Part shown: in pieces, positions 37,977 through 50,326 of the stretch
Layout: every line of letters begins with the position of its first letter
How positions within the stretch are numbered: position 1 is the first letter of the stretch
Source of the DNA: Octopus sinensis
Lineage: Eukaryota
DNA length: 64,000 nt
Reading direction: 5' to 3'
Assembly (NCBI RefSeq): GCF_006345805.1
Contig: NC_043023.1
Coordinates: 14,942,001 to 15,006,000, forward strand
The notes under the pieces: generated by a model
What the model saw: the letters and a program-made list of their open reading frames with translations, nothing else
What the model was told of the DNA's origin: nothing
Database searches by the model: none
Translations under genes and position numbers: made by a program

Positions 37977-38959
37977 CATAATATATACACGCACAAATAC
38001 ATAAGATATATAGATAGCCGTATATATATGTGTTATATACACACACACATATATAAATATATATATCGCAGTAAATATACTAAGACATAGAAATAAACAC
38101 ACAAATTCATATATAACAGTATACACACACAATGTATATATACATGACTGTATACATATTTTTATACATATAATATACACACATATATAGCTCTATCCTC
38201 ATATATATGTGTATATATAATGGTGTATATATCTGTAGATATAGTGGTGTATATATGTGTATATAGACATATATGGTAGTATGTAGGCATATATGTATGG
38301 TTGTATATACATATATATATATATATAGACATAATAGCATAGACACACATGTATATATATTTTTATACATATTATATACACACACACATAGCTCTATCCT
38401 GATATATATTTGTGTATATATATAGACATATATGGTAGTATGTAGGCATATATGTATGGTGTATAGATACACATGTATACATATTTTTATAGATATATAC
38501 ACACACACACATATAGCTCTATACTCATATATATAATGGTGTATATATCTATAGATATAGTAGTGTATATATGTATATATATACATATATGGTATTATGT
38601 AGGCATATATGTATGGTTGTATATACATATATATAGACACATGTATACATATAATATATACACACACACACATATAGCTCTATACTCATATATATAATGG
38701 TGTATATATCTATAGATATAGTAGTGTATATATGTATATATATACATATATGGTATTATGTAGGCATATATGTATGGTTGTATATACATATATATAGACA
38801 CATGTATACATATAATATATACACACACACATATAGCTCTATCCTTATATATATATGTGTATATAGACATATTTGGCAGTATGTAGGCATATATGTATGG
38901 TGTATAGACATGTATACATATTTTTATACATATATACACACACATATAGCTCTAGCCCC

Positions 38960-39000
<41 letters not shown>

Positions 39001-39700
39001 ATGGTGTATATATCTATAGATATAGTGGTGTATATAGACATATATGGCATTATGTAGGCATATATGTATGGTGTATAGACACATGTATACATATTTTTAT
39101 ACATATATACACATATATAGCTCTATCCTTATATATATGTGTGTATATATCTATAGATATAGTGGTGTATATATATGGTATTATGTAGGCATATATGTAT
39201 GGTTGTATATACATATAATATACACACACATATAGCTCTATCCTTATATATATATATGTGTGTATATATCTATAGATATAGTGGTGTATATAGACATATA
39301 TGTATGGTTGTATAGACATATAACAGTATACACATACATATAGCTCTAGCCTCATATATATATATAATATATGTGTGTGTATATAATGGTGTATATATCT
39401 ATAGATATAGTGGTGTATATATATATATATATATATATGTGTGTATATAGACATATATGGCAGTATGTAAGCATATATGTATGGTTGTATATACATATAT
39501 AGACATGTATAGACATAATATACACACACACTCTAGCCTCATATATACATATATATATATGTATATAATGGTGTATATATGTGTATATAATGGTGTATAT
39601 ATATATATATATGTGTGTATATAGACATATATGGCAGTATGTAGGCATATATGTACGGCTGTATACACATATATATAGCAGTAAATGTAATATATGGACA
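37100..39700. repeat. Complex (TA)n/(TG)n-derived satellite with higher-order units (~160 bp)
   Basis: Recurrent motifs TATGTAGGCATATATGTATGG, ATATCTATAGATAT and TAGCTCTAT; long near-identical blocks at about 38506 and 38667. Confidence 0.9.
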
Positions 39701-40042
39701 CAGAAGTGTGTATATACAGAGAGAGAGAGAGACAGACATAGAGGCCACCATACTACACACACAATAACCACAAGAAGACAGATTTTCTCCACATATCTCT
39801 CACTTTACGCGGATATATCTCATAATCTAATGGTATGGGAAGAAATATTTCATGCTTTACTTACTCATATATACACCTCCTCTCTATTAATTATTATATA
39901 TACTCCTTTTCCGCTGCTCAAATGCTCAATTGGTAACTATAATCAACCAAGCTTCGGCTCCATTTGACTTTTTCCCCCAAAAAAATCCAAAATGGTGTCA
40001 CCCTCTCTATTAACTCTTACTCTTTTTATTTTAATAACTCGC

Positions 40043-40522
40043 TCCCTCTCTATACGTCTTTTATTCTTTCACCGTCTTTCCTCGCTCCCTCTCTATACGC
40101 CTTTACTTCTTTCACCGTCTTTCCTCCCTCCCTCTCTATACGTCTTTTCTTCTTTCGCCGTCTTTCCTCCCTCCCTCTCTATACCTCTTTTCTTCTTTCA
40201 CCGTCTTTCCTCCCTCCCTCTCTATACCTCTTTACTTCTTTCACCGTCTTTCCTCCCTCCCTGTCTATACCTCTTTACTTCTTTCACCGTCTTTCCTCCC
40301 TCCCTCTCTATACCTCTTTTCTTCTTTCACCGTTTTACCTCGCTCCCTCTCTATACGTCTTTACTTCTTTCACCATCTTTCCTCGCTCCCTCTCTATACG
40401 TCTCTTCTTTCACCTTCTTTCCTCCCTCCCTCTCTATACCTCTTTTCTTCTTTCACCGTCTTTCCTCCCTCCCTCTCTATACCTCTTTTCTTCTTTCACC
40501 GTCTTTCCTCCCTCCCTCTCTG
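40043..40522. repeat. 43-bp polypyrimidine minisatellite, about 11 copies
   Basis: Unit CCTCCCTCCCTCTCTATACCTCTTTTCTTCTTTCACCGTCTTT; ATAC recurs at 40181 and 40224. Confidence 0.92.
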
Positions 40523-41076
40523 TCTTACTCACTACGCGACTCTCCTTTACTCTCACTCCCTCTCTTTTGTTTTCATCAAACCCCTCTCTCTTATTCCATA
40601 TCCTCCCTCTCCTTTTTCTCTTTTACTCTTTCTCTCTATCTATCTAACTACAAAATTTTTTCGGCAGTGATACAATTTCTTTCCATTTTCTCTTTATTTC
40701 TCAGAAAAAAAAACTTATTCTCTCTTTTTTTTTTGTTCTGAATAACACACATTGTCACTCTTACACTTTTTTTTTCCTCACTAGCCTTACACTTTCTTTT
40801 CTTCTCTCTCACCCTCTCTATATGTATCTCACACTCTATTTCTCTCGCCTCCCCTTCACCCCTCTCTCTACATGTCCATACTTCTTTCTCTCGCCGCTTT
40901 TCCCTCTCTTTTTATATATCTTTCTTTCACCTTTCCTTTCTTATATATATATATATCAGTGTTTGTGTGTATGTATATGTGAAGTATACGTGCAGCTTTG
41001 CCCTCACTTTATATATACACATATGTTTCACCTTTTCTTTCTTCTGTATATGTGTGACTACATATATATATATGTG

Positions 41077-41110
<34 letters not shown>

Positions 41111-41274
41111 TTTACAGTTACATATGTGTCTTTCTTTCGCCTCTCCTCCCCTTCTTCTCTTCACCTTTCTGCCTTTCTTTCGCATCACTCCCTCCCTCTC
41201 TCTCTACGCACACATACATGCATTTCTCCCTCTCCCCCTACCCCCTCGCTAAAGCCTCTTCCTTCCACTCTCAC

Positions 41275-41372
41275 GCTGCTTCATTGAACAATTGGCCACA
41301 GCTAATATGGCGGCCACGAAATAAACAGACGCTGGCCTCGTTCTCATGTCAGCCAGCGACGAGAGATTCGGG
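41275..41372. promoter_or_regulatory. CpG-rich island with YY1 (AATATGGCGGCC, 41304) and CCAAT (ATTGG, 41291) motifs and candidate first coding exons on both strands
   Basis: + strand: ATG at 41346, MSASDERFG, then GG|GTATGT donor at 41373. - strand: ATG at 41347, MRTRPASVYFVAAILAVANCSMKQ, then phase-1 GTGAGA donor at 41274. Confidence 0.4.
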
Positions 41373-42638
41373 GTATGTAGGGGGAGCAGGTCCACTTTTT
41401 TTTCCACTGGGGGGATGACAGGTTCAGCACAGCGACATCTGACGGGATTTTCAGCGTTGATTAAGTATTTAATTATTATTATTACTGCAGGCATGAAAGT
41501 CACACACTCTCACCTTCTTCCCCTCTAAATTTATTATGGCTTTGTACCAATGTTGGAAATCATTATTATTTATCATTATCAACGTTATCGCTATTTATAA
41601 TAAATATATAAATCAATATTATCATTAAAAAACGCCATGAATATTATTTATAACAAATACATATATGATTATGAGTATTATAATTACATATCATAAATCA
41701 TTATCACTATTTGTAATAGCTTTTACGATTAGTCATATTAATAATAATAATTATCGTTATTATTATTATTAATAATAATAATTATCGTTATTATTATTAT
41801 TAATATCAATATTATCGTTATCATTATTATTAATATCAATATTATCGTTATCATTATTAAGCGATATCAATCATAAAGATTTTAATATTATTCGTCTCTA
41901 TTATTGTTTTGGCTTCATTTATTTACTTTTTGGGGTCTCTTTATATCAAATAGCATTTTTTCTATATCAGGGCACATGTCGAACGTGTGTATATATACAT
42001 ATATCGCCGAGGTCGACTTTGCCTTTCATCCTTTCGGGGTCGATTAAATAAGCACCAGTTATACACTGGGGTCGATGTAATCGACTTAATACCTATGTCT
42101 GTACTTGTTTGTCCCTTCTATGTTTAGCCCCTTGTGGGTAGTAAAGAATTATATACATATATATACACACAGTATATACATACATATAAACTACACACTG
42201 TGTATGTATATATATGTGTGTGTATGGGGTATTTCGTGTCGCCTTCAAATTTATTTGCTTATCTATAAAAACACGGATTTAAAGGGGGAAAAAAAGAGGT
42301 TAAATAATGGAAGGCAGCAGAGAATCATTTATTACAAAATTCTTTGTAGATTTTTTTTCTTTCTTAAGTATTATAAGGACAAACGGGTGGATAGGAACAA
42401 AACCGGGTGCCTAGAAGTGGTATGTTGTAGAAGGGCTTATTGTTATATCCTGGGTGTAAATTATTGCGTATGTATATGTGTGTATGTGTGAGTATATGCT
42501 TTGTATGTGTACGTTGTATGTAGATGTATGTATATGTTATGTGTTCGGTACTTTTTTTTTCGTATCATATCTTTATATCCTCTTTCTTTCTTTCTCTCAG
42601 TAGATATGTATGTGTATATATGTATGTATATATATATA

Positions 42639-42685
<47 letters not shown>

Positions 42686-44029
42686 GAGTGTTTGTGATAG
42701 AAAATTTACTCATAAACATGTATAAATATAAACACACAAATATGTAATATATTTATATATAATCTCTACAGACATATACATACATATATATACATATATA
42801 CAGACATATACACACACATATGTATATATATGTATATGTCAGTAGAGATTATATATAAATAAGTATATATACAACTATATATGTATATATATTAATACAT
42901 ATATAGTTGTATATATACTTGTGTGTTTGTATGTATATATATATATATATATCACACACGCATACATACACATATACACACACAATTTTTAACACACTTT
43001 GGCGCTGTCTTTATATCTACCACCCACACTCAAACTATGTATACTTGTCTAAGATCTCATAAGGCAGAAAAAAGCATACTCAATATGTAAGATAGTAGAC
43101 ATAGTATATATATATGTGTGGTCTTCCTTTCTATCAGCTTTTCCTTTCCCCCAACTCTAAACTACGCACTACTTCCCTGTTTGCAGAGGGTAAAAGGGCC
43201 CCTATTCTGTGCTAGAAATAGCAGCAAAATCTTCAAATCACATCCGACGTTTCGAGAGAGAGAGAGAGAGAGAAAACAAAAAGAGATCTTCGATAGATGT
43301 ATGTTCTATATGACCCCTAAAAAGGCGAGATGGTCATGGCTACAATGTCTTTGATCTCAGTCCAGCTCAGTGGACTAAGGTAGCCTGGTGCCAAATACCA
43401 GCTCATCTTTTCATAGTTCCTCATACCCTCTCCCTTTCTCTTACAGTTTCCTTCTGTCCTTCCATTGAAATATAATTTATATAGTTTAATCCGAGGCAAT
43501 TAGTGATATTTTTCTACGTCGGTAAAGAAAAAATTTTAATAACTCTTTTAAACAATGTAATAACGAAGAAAGGAGGGCTTCGCGTTACGGGCACAAACTT
43601 CCGTCGTAAAGAGAAATTATTCATTTCCTTTTTCCCCTTCCCACAAAGGGTCTCCAGCTCTCAACGTTAATCGAAATTCGTTCCACTATCCGAATGGTTT
43701 ATGGGCTGAGGCATATGTTCAAATTGTGGGTTCAATCCAGCTGAGGGTTAACTTTGCCCTTCATTCTTTCTGAGGTCGATAAAATAAATTATCCAGCAAG
43801 TACTGGGATTGTTTCAATCCCGTAGACTACCCTCGCTGAATTCACTCCATGTGTCCATGCCAAATTTATATATGTATAACCTTCACTCAAATTGATCAAT
43901 AAAACTCACATCTCTCTCCTTCTCTTTGTATATTACCCACTGTCTCGTTTCGACATATAACCTTTACTCACATCACTCTCTCACTCTCACTCTTATTCGT
44001 GTTGCTATAACTCTCACTCTTTCTATCTC

Positions 44030-44080
<51 letters not shown>

Positions 44081-44256
44081 TTCACTCATGTTACCCTATC
44101 TACCTTCCAATGTCCCTTCTCACATATATATATCGAGAGCCATCACTCAAATAGCGCCAACTCTCCTTGACATATAACCGTCACTCGAAACTATCTTTTT
44201 TTTATATCTTCCACCTTTTTCCTTATATATGTCTGTATGTATTATACATTATATAT

Positions 44257-44334
<78 letters not shown>

Positions 44335-45132
44335 CATAACATACACACATACATGTATACATATATATATATAACCTTCACTCATATGGTTTCTTCCGCT
44401 TTGTAACTCATATCTTCCTTCCTCCCTCTCTCATTTCCCATATCTTCCACCCTCGACATATAACCTTCACTCACGTCGCTCTCTTCATAGCTTTCACTCT
44501 ACATACAACACCTACTTAATTCTCACTCTCTCTCTCTCTCACTTTCTTTCTTTCTATCACTCCTATCCTTCTCGATTTATTACCTTCACTCAATTCGTTC
44601 TCCGTATTTTCCCTATTCTATCTCTTTTCACACACACACACACACACTCATATATATATACACAGGTAACCTTCATTCAAGTGGCTTCCAGCTCTTCCTG
44701 GTTATATAACCCTCACTCAATTCGATCACTTTATCTCTCTTCCTCTTCTACTTCCCTATCTATTCTCCCGTATTCGTTCTGTTTCTCTCTGCCCCTTACA
44801 CACACACATATATATATATATATAAATATAAACACATATATATGCGTGTGCTATCTTATTTTTATCTTTTAATATTTCTATATATAATACACACTATAAT
44901 TCTCTCACTCTCTCTTCCCTTTCTCTGATTATCTCTCTTTATCTATCTACCATCTCCCACTCTTTCGTTTAGTATTTTATCTATCTCCCTCTATTTACCC
45001 TATCTATCTAATCTATCTATTTATCTGTATATTCTATCTATCTATCTTATCTCCCGCTTTCTATCAAGCTATTTATCTATTTATCTCCCTCAGTCAAGTT
45101 GTATCTGTCCACCTATCTCTCGTTGTCTTCCC

Positions 45133-45637
45133 ATGTATCTCACTCAATCTATTCTATTCTGCCTATCGCTATCTCTATCTCTCTCCATTCTATCTACCTA
45201 TTTATTTCCCTCCGTTTCTATTTCTTATCTATGTCTCCTTATCTATCTATTTATCTGTGAATCTGTTTGTCTATCTGTCTGTCTATCTATCTATCTATCT
45301 GTGAACCTGTCTATCTATGTCTGTATCCGTCTGTCTGTCTATCTATTTCTCTATCTATCTCTATGTCTATCTATCTATCCATCTGTGAACCTGTCTATCT
45401 ATTTCTGTATCCGTCTATCTATTTCTCTATCTGTGTATCTGTCTATCTGTGAACCTGTCTATCTATTTCTCTATCTGTCTATCTATCTGTGTATCTGTCT
45501 ATCTATCTGTCTATCTATCTATCTATTTATTTCTCTATCTATCTATCTATCTGTGTATCCGTCTATCTATCTATCTATTTATCTATCTGTCTATCTATCT
45601 ATCTGTGTATCTGTCTATCTATCTATCTGTGTATCCG

Positions 45638-45688
<51 letters not shown>

Positions 45689-45740
45689 GTCTATGTATCT
45701 ATCTGTGTATCTGTCTATCTATCTATCTATCTATCTATCA
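45133..45740. repeat. (TCTA)n/(TCTG)n compound tetranucleotide microsatellite
   Basis: Direct inspection. Confidence 0.95.
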
Positions 45741-45817
45741 AGCTCTCTAACAGCAGGTCTTAATAACAAATCTCTCATAGCCATATCACTGACCTACTTC
45801 CCCCTCCTCCCTGTCAG

Positions 45818-45882
45818 TATGACTCCCGTTCAAACAATTTGTCCCATTCTCGACAATACAGCCATTTGATTGGTCGACGATG
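45818..45882 (+). CDS. Candidate 65-nt internal exon YDSRSNNLSHSRQYSHLIGRR
   Basis: Acceptor CTTCCCCCTCCTCCCTGTCAG|, donor ATG|GTAAGC; only frame 0 is open, which is compatible with the phase-0 donor at 41373; no homolog recognised. Confidence 0.3.
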
Positions 45883-45929
45883 GTAAGCGATACGTTTTGC
45901 TAGGCATATTCACGTGAGGGCGAAGGCGG

Positions 45930-46740
45930 CGGCACGGCACCATCGCCACCATCACCACCACCACTATAAGTGCTACTGCTAGTGGTGCTGCTGGTAGTGA
46001 TGATGATGGTGGTGATGATGGTGATATGGGTGGAGGTGGTGAAGCGATGATACTACTACTACTACACCTCACAGTGGTGATGATGGTGGTGGTGGTGGTG
46101 GTGGTGGCGGTGGTCTTACTGTCACTACTATATCTGCTGCTAATGATGATGATGGTAGTGGTGGTGGTGGTGGTGGTGGTGGTCATATTAATACTACACT
46201 ATCTGCGGCTAATGAGAATGATGATGATGATGGTGGTGGTGGTGACGAAGATACCATGACGACGACGATTGCTACTATTATTACTACAACTACTACTGCT
46301 GTCTCTGATGATAATGATGATGCTGGTGATAGTGGTGATGTTTACTATTACTACTATATCTGCTGCTAATGATGATGATGATGATGGTGGTGGTGATGAG
46401 TGTAATACTACTACTGCTACTGCTACCACTACTACCGATGATGATGGCGATGGCGGTATTGCTATTACTACTACTGTATCTGCTGCTGATGATGAGTAGG
46501 AGGAGGAGGTGGATGACGACGACGACGATGCTAATGACGAGGATCACACCACTATTACTACTACTACTCCTACTGCTGCTGAAGTCGACGACGGCGACAG
46601 CGGTGTTGGCAAGTAGAAGCAGTAACAGTAATGGAGATGGTGGTGGTGATGGCAGCGGCGGCGGTGGTGGTGGCAGAAGCAGTAGTAGCAACAGCGTGGT
46701 AGGAGGAGTAGCGGTAATAGTAGATACAACAGACGTAGTT
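45930..46740. repeat. Mosaic trinucleotide low-complexity tract (GAT/GGT/TAC/GAC)
   Basis: Direct inspection. Confidence 0.9.
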
Positions 46741-46954
46741 GTTGTTTAGCCACAGGTCAACCCAAATCGAGCAAAATCTTCTTTATGACGATCAAAGACA
46801 GTCTCGCCCGGACCATCTCACCTTCGGTTTAGGTTTTTCTTTATTTTTCCCTGGATTTACAAACCCTAAAGGCGTCCTTCCATTTTTATTTTCAAAGAAA
46901 GACGCTATTTGAAGGAATTTCATTGCTCTTTCTCTGTACTTTCTCTGATTCTAG

Positions 46955-47880
46955 TAGTAGTTGTTATTGTTGCGGTGGTAGTGGTGGTGGTGGTTGTAGT
47001 ACTGTTTTAACTCCAAGTAGTATAAGCATTAGTAGTAGTAGCGGTAGTAGTAGTTGTTATAGCAATAGTAGTGGTCGTCGTATTCGTTGTGATAGTAGTA
47101 GTGGTGGTGGTAGTAGTTGTAGTAGAAGTAGTAGTAGTTGTTGTGGAAGTGGTTAGTAACTGCTGTTGTTTAGTCCCTAGTCCTAACGATTTTGGTAGTG
47201 TTGGTGGTTGTGGTGGTGGTAGTAGTAGTAGAAGTGGTGGTGGTGGTAGTAGTAGAGGCAGTAGTGGTGGTGGTAGTAGTAGTAGTAGAGGCAGTAGTGG
47301 TGGTGGTAGTAGTAATAGAGGCAGTAGTGGTGGTAGTAGTGGTTGTGGTGGTGGTAGTAGTAATAGTAGTTGTGGAAGTGGTTAGTAACTGCTGTTGTTT
47401 AGTCCCTAGTCCTAACGATTTTGGTAGTGTTGGTGGTGGTAGTAGTAGTAGAAGTGGTGGTGGTGGTAACAGTAGTAGTGGTTGTGGTGGTGGTAGTAGT
47501 AGAGGCAGTAGTGGTGGTGGTAGTAGTAGTAGAGGCAGTAGTGGTGGTAGTAGTAGTAGAGGCAGTAGTGGTTGTGGTGGTGGTAGTAGTAATAGTAGTT
47601 GTGGAAGTGGTAGTAACTGCTGTTGTTTAGTCCCTAGTCCTAACGATTTTGGTAGTGTTGGTGGTTGTGGTGGTGGTAGTAGTAGTAGAAGTGGTGGTGG
47701 TGGTGGTAACAGTAGTAGTAGTTGTAGTGGTGGTAGTAGTAGTGGTTGTGATGGTGATAGTAGCAGTAGTGGTTGTGGTGGTGGTAGTAGTAGTAGAGGC
47801 AGTAGTGGTTGTGGTGGTGGTAGTAGTAGTAGAGGCAGTTGTGGTGGTGGTGGTAGTAGTAGTGGTTGTGGTATAGTGCC
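46955..47880. repeat. (GTA)n/(GTG)n mosaic with a ~55-bp unique spacer repeated at a 229-bp period
   Basis: GGAAGTGG(T)TAGTAACTGCTGTTGTTTAGTCCCTAGTCCTAACGATTTTGG at 47145, 47374 and 47603. Confidence 0.9.
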
Positions 47881-48481
47881 TGGCCAGCTCCTGTCCTGTT
47901 GGCATATGTTCAAAGATATAGCTTATTGCTATTGTTTATTTAACCCCATGCTCAGGTCTACTCCTATTGAGCTACATCTTTTATCTTTCACTCGCTTCGG
48001 TCAGTGGATCATGGTCATGCTGGAGCACTGCTTTGAAGGATTTTACTCAAACAAATTGACTCCAGTCAGCTGAAAAGTTCATAACATGGTCCAGGTTCAA
48101 ATAAGGCGGCAAGCTGGCAGAAACGTTAGCACGCCGGGCGAAATGCTTAGCGGTATTTCGTCTGCCGTTACGTTGTGAGTTCAAATTCCGCCGAGGTCGA
48201 CTTTGCCTTTCATCCTTTCGGGGTCGATAAATTAAGTACCAGTTACGCACTGGGGTCGATGTAATCGACTTAATACCTATGTCTGTCCTTGTTTGTCCCC
48301 TCTGTGTTTAGCCCCTTGTGGGTAATAAAGAAATAGGTTCCAGGTTCATTCCCACAGCGTGGCACCTTGGGCAAGTGTCTTCTACTATAGCCTCGGGCCG
48401 ACCAAAGCCTTGTGAGCAGATTTGGTAGACAGAAACTGAAAGAAGCCCGTTGCATGTATATATGTGTATATATATATATAT

Positions 48482-48640
48482 GCGTCCCCAAAATCCATCC
48501 CCTCCTCACCGTGGCAGGGACACTGGCAACAGGTAGTGTCAGAGCTATGCCGTCGGGAACTTTGGTTCCTGGTAGGGCCACCCAAGACGGATTGGTCTGA
48601 CACCGAGTGGTATTAGGGCCACAACCCGGCAGATGGGGCT
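48482..48640 (+). ncRNA. HDV-like self-cleaving ribozyme (degenerate copy)
   Basis: Hand-folded: P1 GCGUCCC/GGGACAC (6/7); L3 UCACCGU; P1.1 CA/UG; GCAAC after P1.1; P4 CAGGU/ACCCG (4/5); J4/2 CAGAU with C48630; P2 AUCCCC/GGGGCU (5/6); P3 UCC/GG(C)A. Confidence 0.65.
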
Positions 48641-48885
48641 CTGGTGAAAATCTTCAGAGTGTCTGTTTCGGCAACCGGCGGCTCCTCGGTCGTTCTGTCC
48701 CTGCGTCTGCGGACAATCTGCAGCAAACAGGATGTCTCCACATGCAGGATTGTTGGGGACCGCTTGTGAAATACATATTCCCAAGAAACTTCTTCCACTG
48801 CCATGGTTCAAGATGACTCGAGGGTGGTAGAAGAAGCCGACTCAACCCGCCCAGGGTGAATGTCGCCACAAGTACAAGTACAAGT
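48482..48885 (+). mobile_element. 404-bp non-autonomous, internally deleted RTE-like retroelement inserted in the (TA)n of a SINE A
   Basis: RTE-type 5' UTR motif GAGCTATGCCG...CCTGGTAGGGCCACCCAAGACGG; no RT ORF; 3' stem-loop and (CAAGTA)2CAAGT tail; the host SINE halves resume on both sides. Confidence 0.75.
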
Positions 48886-49920
48886 TTATATGTATGTGTG
48901 TGTATGTTTGCGTGTCTGTGTTTGTCCCCCCCCCCCCAACGTCGCTTGACAACCGATGCTGGTGTGTTTACGTCCCCGTAAAAGAGACCGATAGAATAAG
49001 TACTAGACTTACAAAGAATAAGTCCTGGGGTTGATGGTTGATTTGCTCGACTAAAAGGCGGTGCTCCAGCATGGCCGCAGTCAAATGACTGATATATGCA
49101 TATAGGCACAGGGATGGCTGTGGTAAGAAGCTTGCTTCCTAACCACATGGTTCTGGGTTGTGGTACCTAGGGCAAGTGTCTTCTACTATAGCCCCAGGCT
49201 GACTAAAGCCTTGTGAGTGGATTTGGTTGATGGAAATTGAAAGAAGCCCATTGTATATGTGTGTGTGTATTTGTGTGTCTGTGCTTGTTAACCGATGCTG
49301 GTGTGTTTACGTCCCTGTAACTTAGCGGTTCGGCAAAAGAGACCGATAGAATAAGTACTGGGCTTACAAGAATAAGTCCTGGGGTCAATTTGCTCAGCTA
49401 AAAGGCGGTGCTCCAGCATGGCCGCAGTCAAATGACTGAAACAAGTAAAAGAGTAATTCAAAATATAAACAATAACAAACCATAAAATAAATTTTTATTT
49501 TTCAATACAAAACTGATCTCGCCTGTGCTGGTGCCATGTAAAAAGCACTCAGTCCACATTGTAAAGTGGTTGGCATTTGGAAGGGCATCCAGCTCTAAAA
49601 CCCATGCCAAGACAGACCTCATCTGTGATGGTGCCATATAAAGAGCATTGAGTCCATTCTGCTGGGTGGTTGGTGTTAGGAAGGGCATCCAGCTCTAAAC
49701 CCATGCCAAGACAGACCTCATCTGTGATGGTGCCATATAAAGAGCATTGAGTTCACTCTGTGGGGTGGTTGGTGTTAGGAAGAGCATCCAGTCATAAAAA
49801 CCATGCCAAAACAGACACAGAAACCTGGTGTAGTCTTCTACCTAGTCAGCTCCTATCAAACCATCCAACCCATGCCATCATGGAAAGCAGATGTTAAATG
49901 ATGATGATGATGGATGTTAA

Positions 49921-50326
49921 CCCTTTCATTACCGTATTTATTTTGAGACGCTCTGTGTTTCTTTCAATTACTTTAACCCTTTAGTATTTAAACCGGCCAT
50001 ATCCAACCAAAATAGTTAATCTGTTTTATGTTCAAACTGACCAGATCCAGGCTCTCACACCTACCCTACAATGTTATTCTACATTAAGTAATTGCACCAT
50101 CAAGATCTTGAAGATACGAGATAATGCATGATTAATTCAAATCAATGGGAATCAATAAGCATTATGTTTGATAGAATAATCTGAGCACTAAAGGGTTAAA
50201 TATAACAAAGAATTTAGTAAAATAACTTAGTTATCATTCAGCTGGTGTTAGGAACATAAACTTATGAACACTAAACATTTGTACTCAGAGCCAGAGCCGG
50301 TTTCAGCCGGGTTGGTAACGAAAGGG
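49921..50326. mobile_element. piggyBac-type MITE with a second piggyBac-type MITE (49977-50195) nested in its internal TTAA
   Basis: TTAA at 49917-20, 49973-76, 50196-99 and 50327-30; the empty site TTCAATTACT-TTAA-ATAT is seen in the copy at 29831. Confidence 0.92.

Noticed and set aside
37100-39800. Many Tyr/Ile/His-rich ORFs up to 188 aa
   Set aside because: Translations of the (TA)n-derived satellite
39964-40741. 227-aa and 249-aa hydrophobic ORFs
   Set aside because: A pyrimidine-only repeat cannot contain stop codons; 43-nt periodicity is not codon-phased
45133-45869. Ser/Ile/Tyr/Leu ORFs
   Set aside because: (TCTA)n translation
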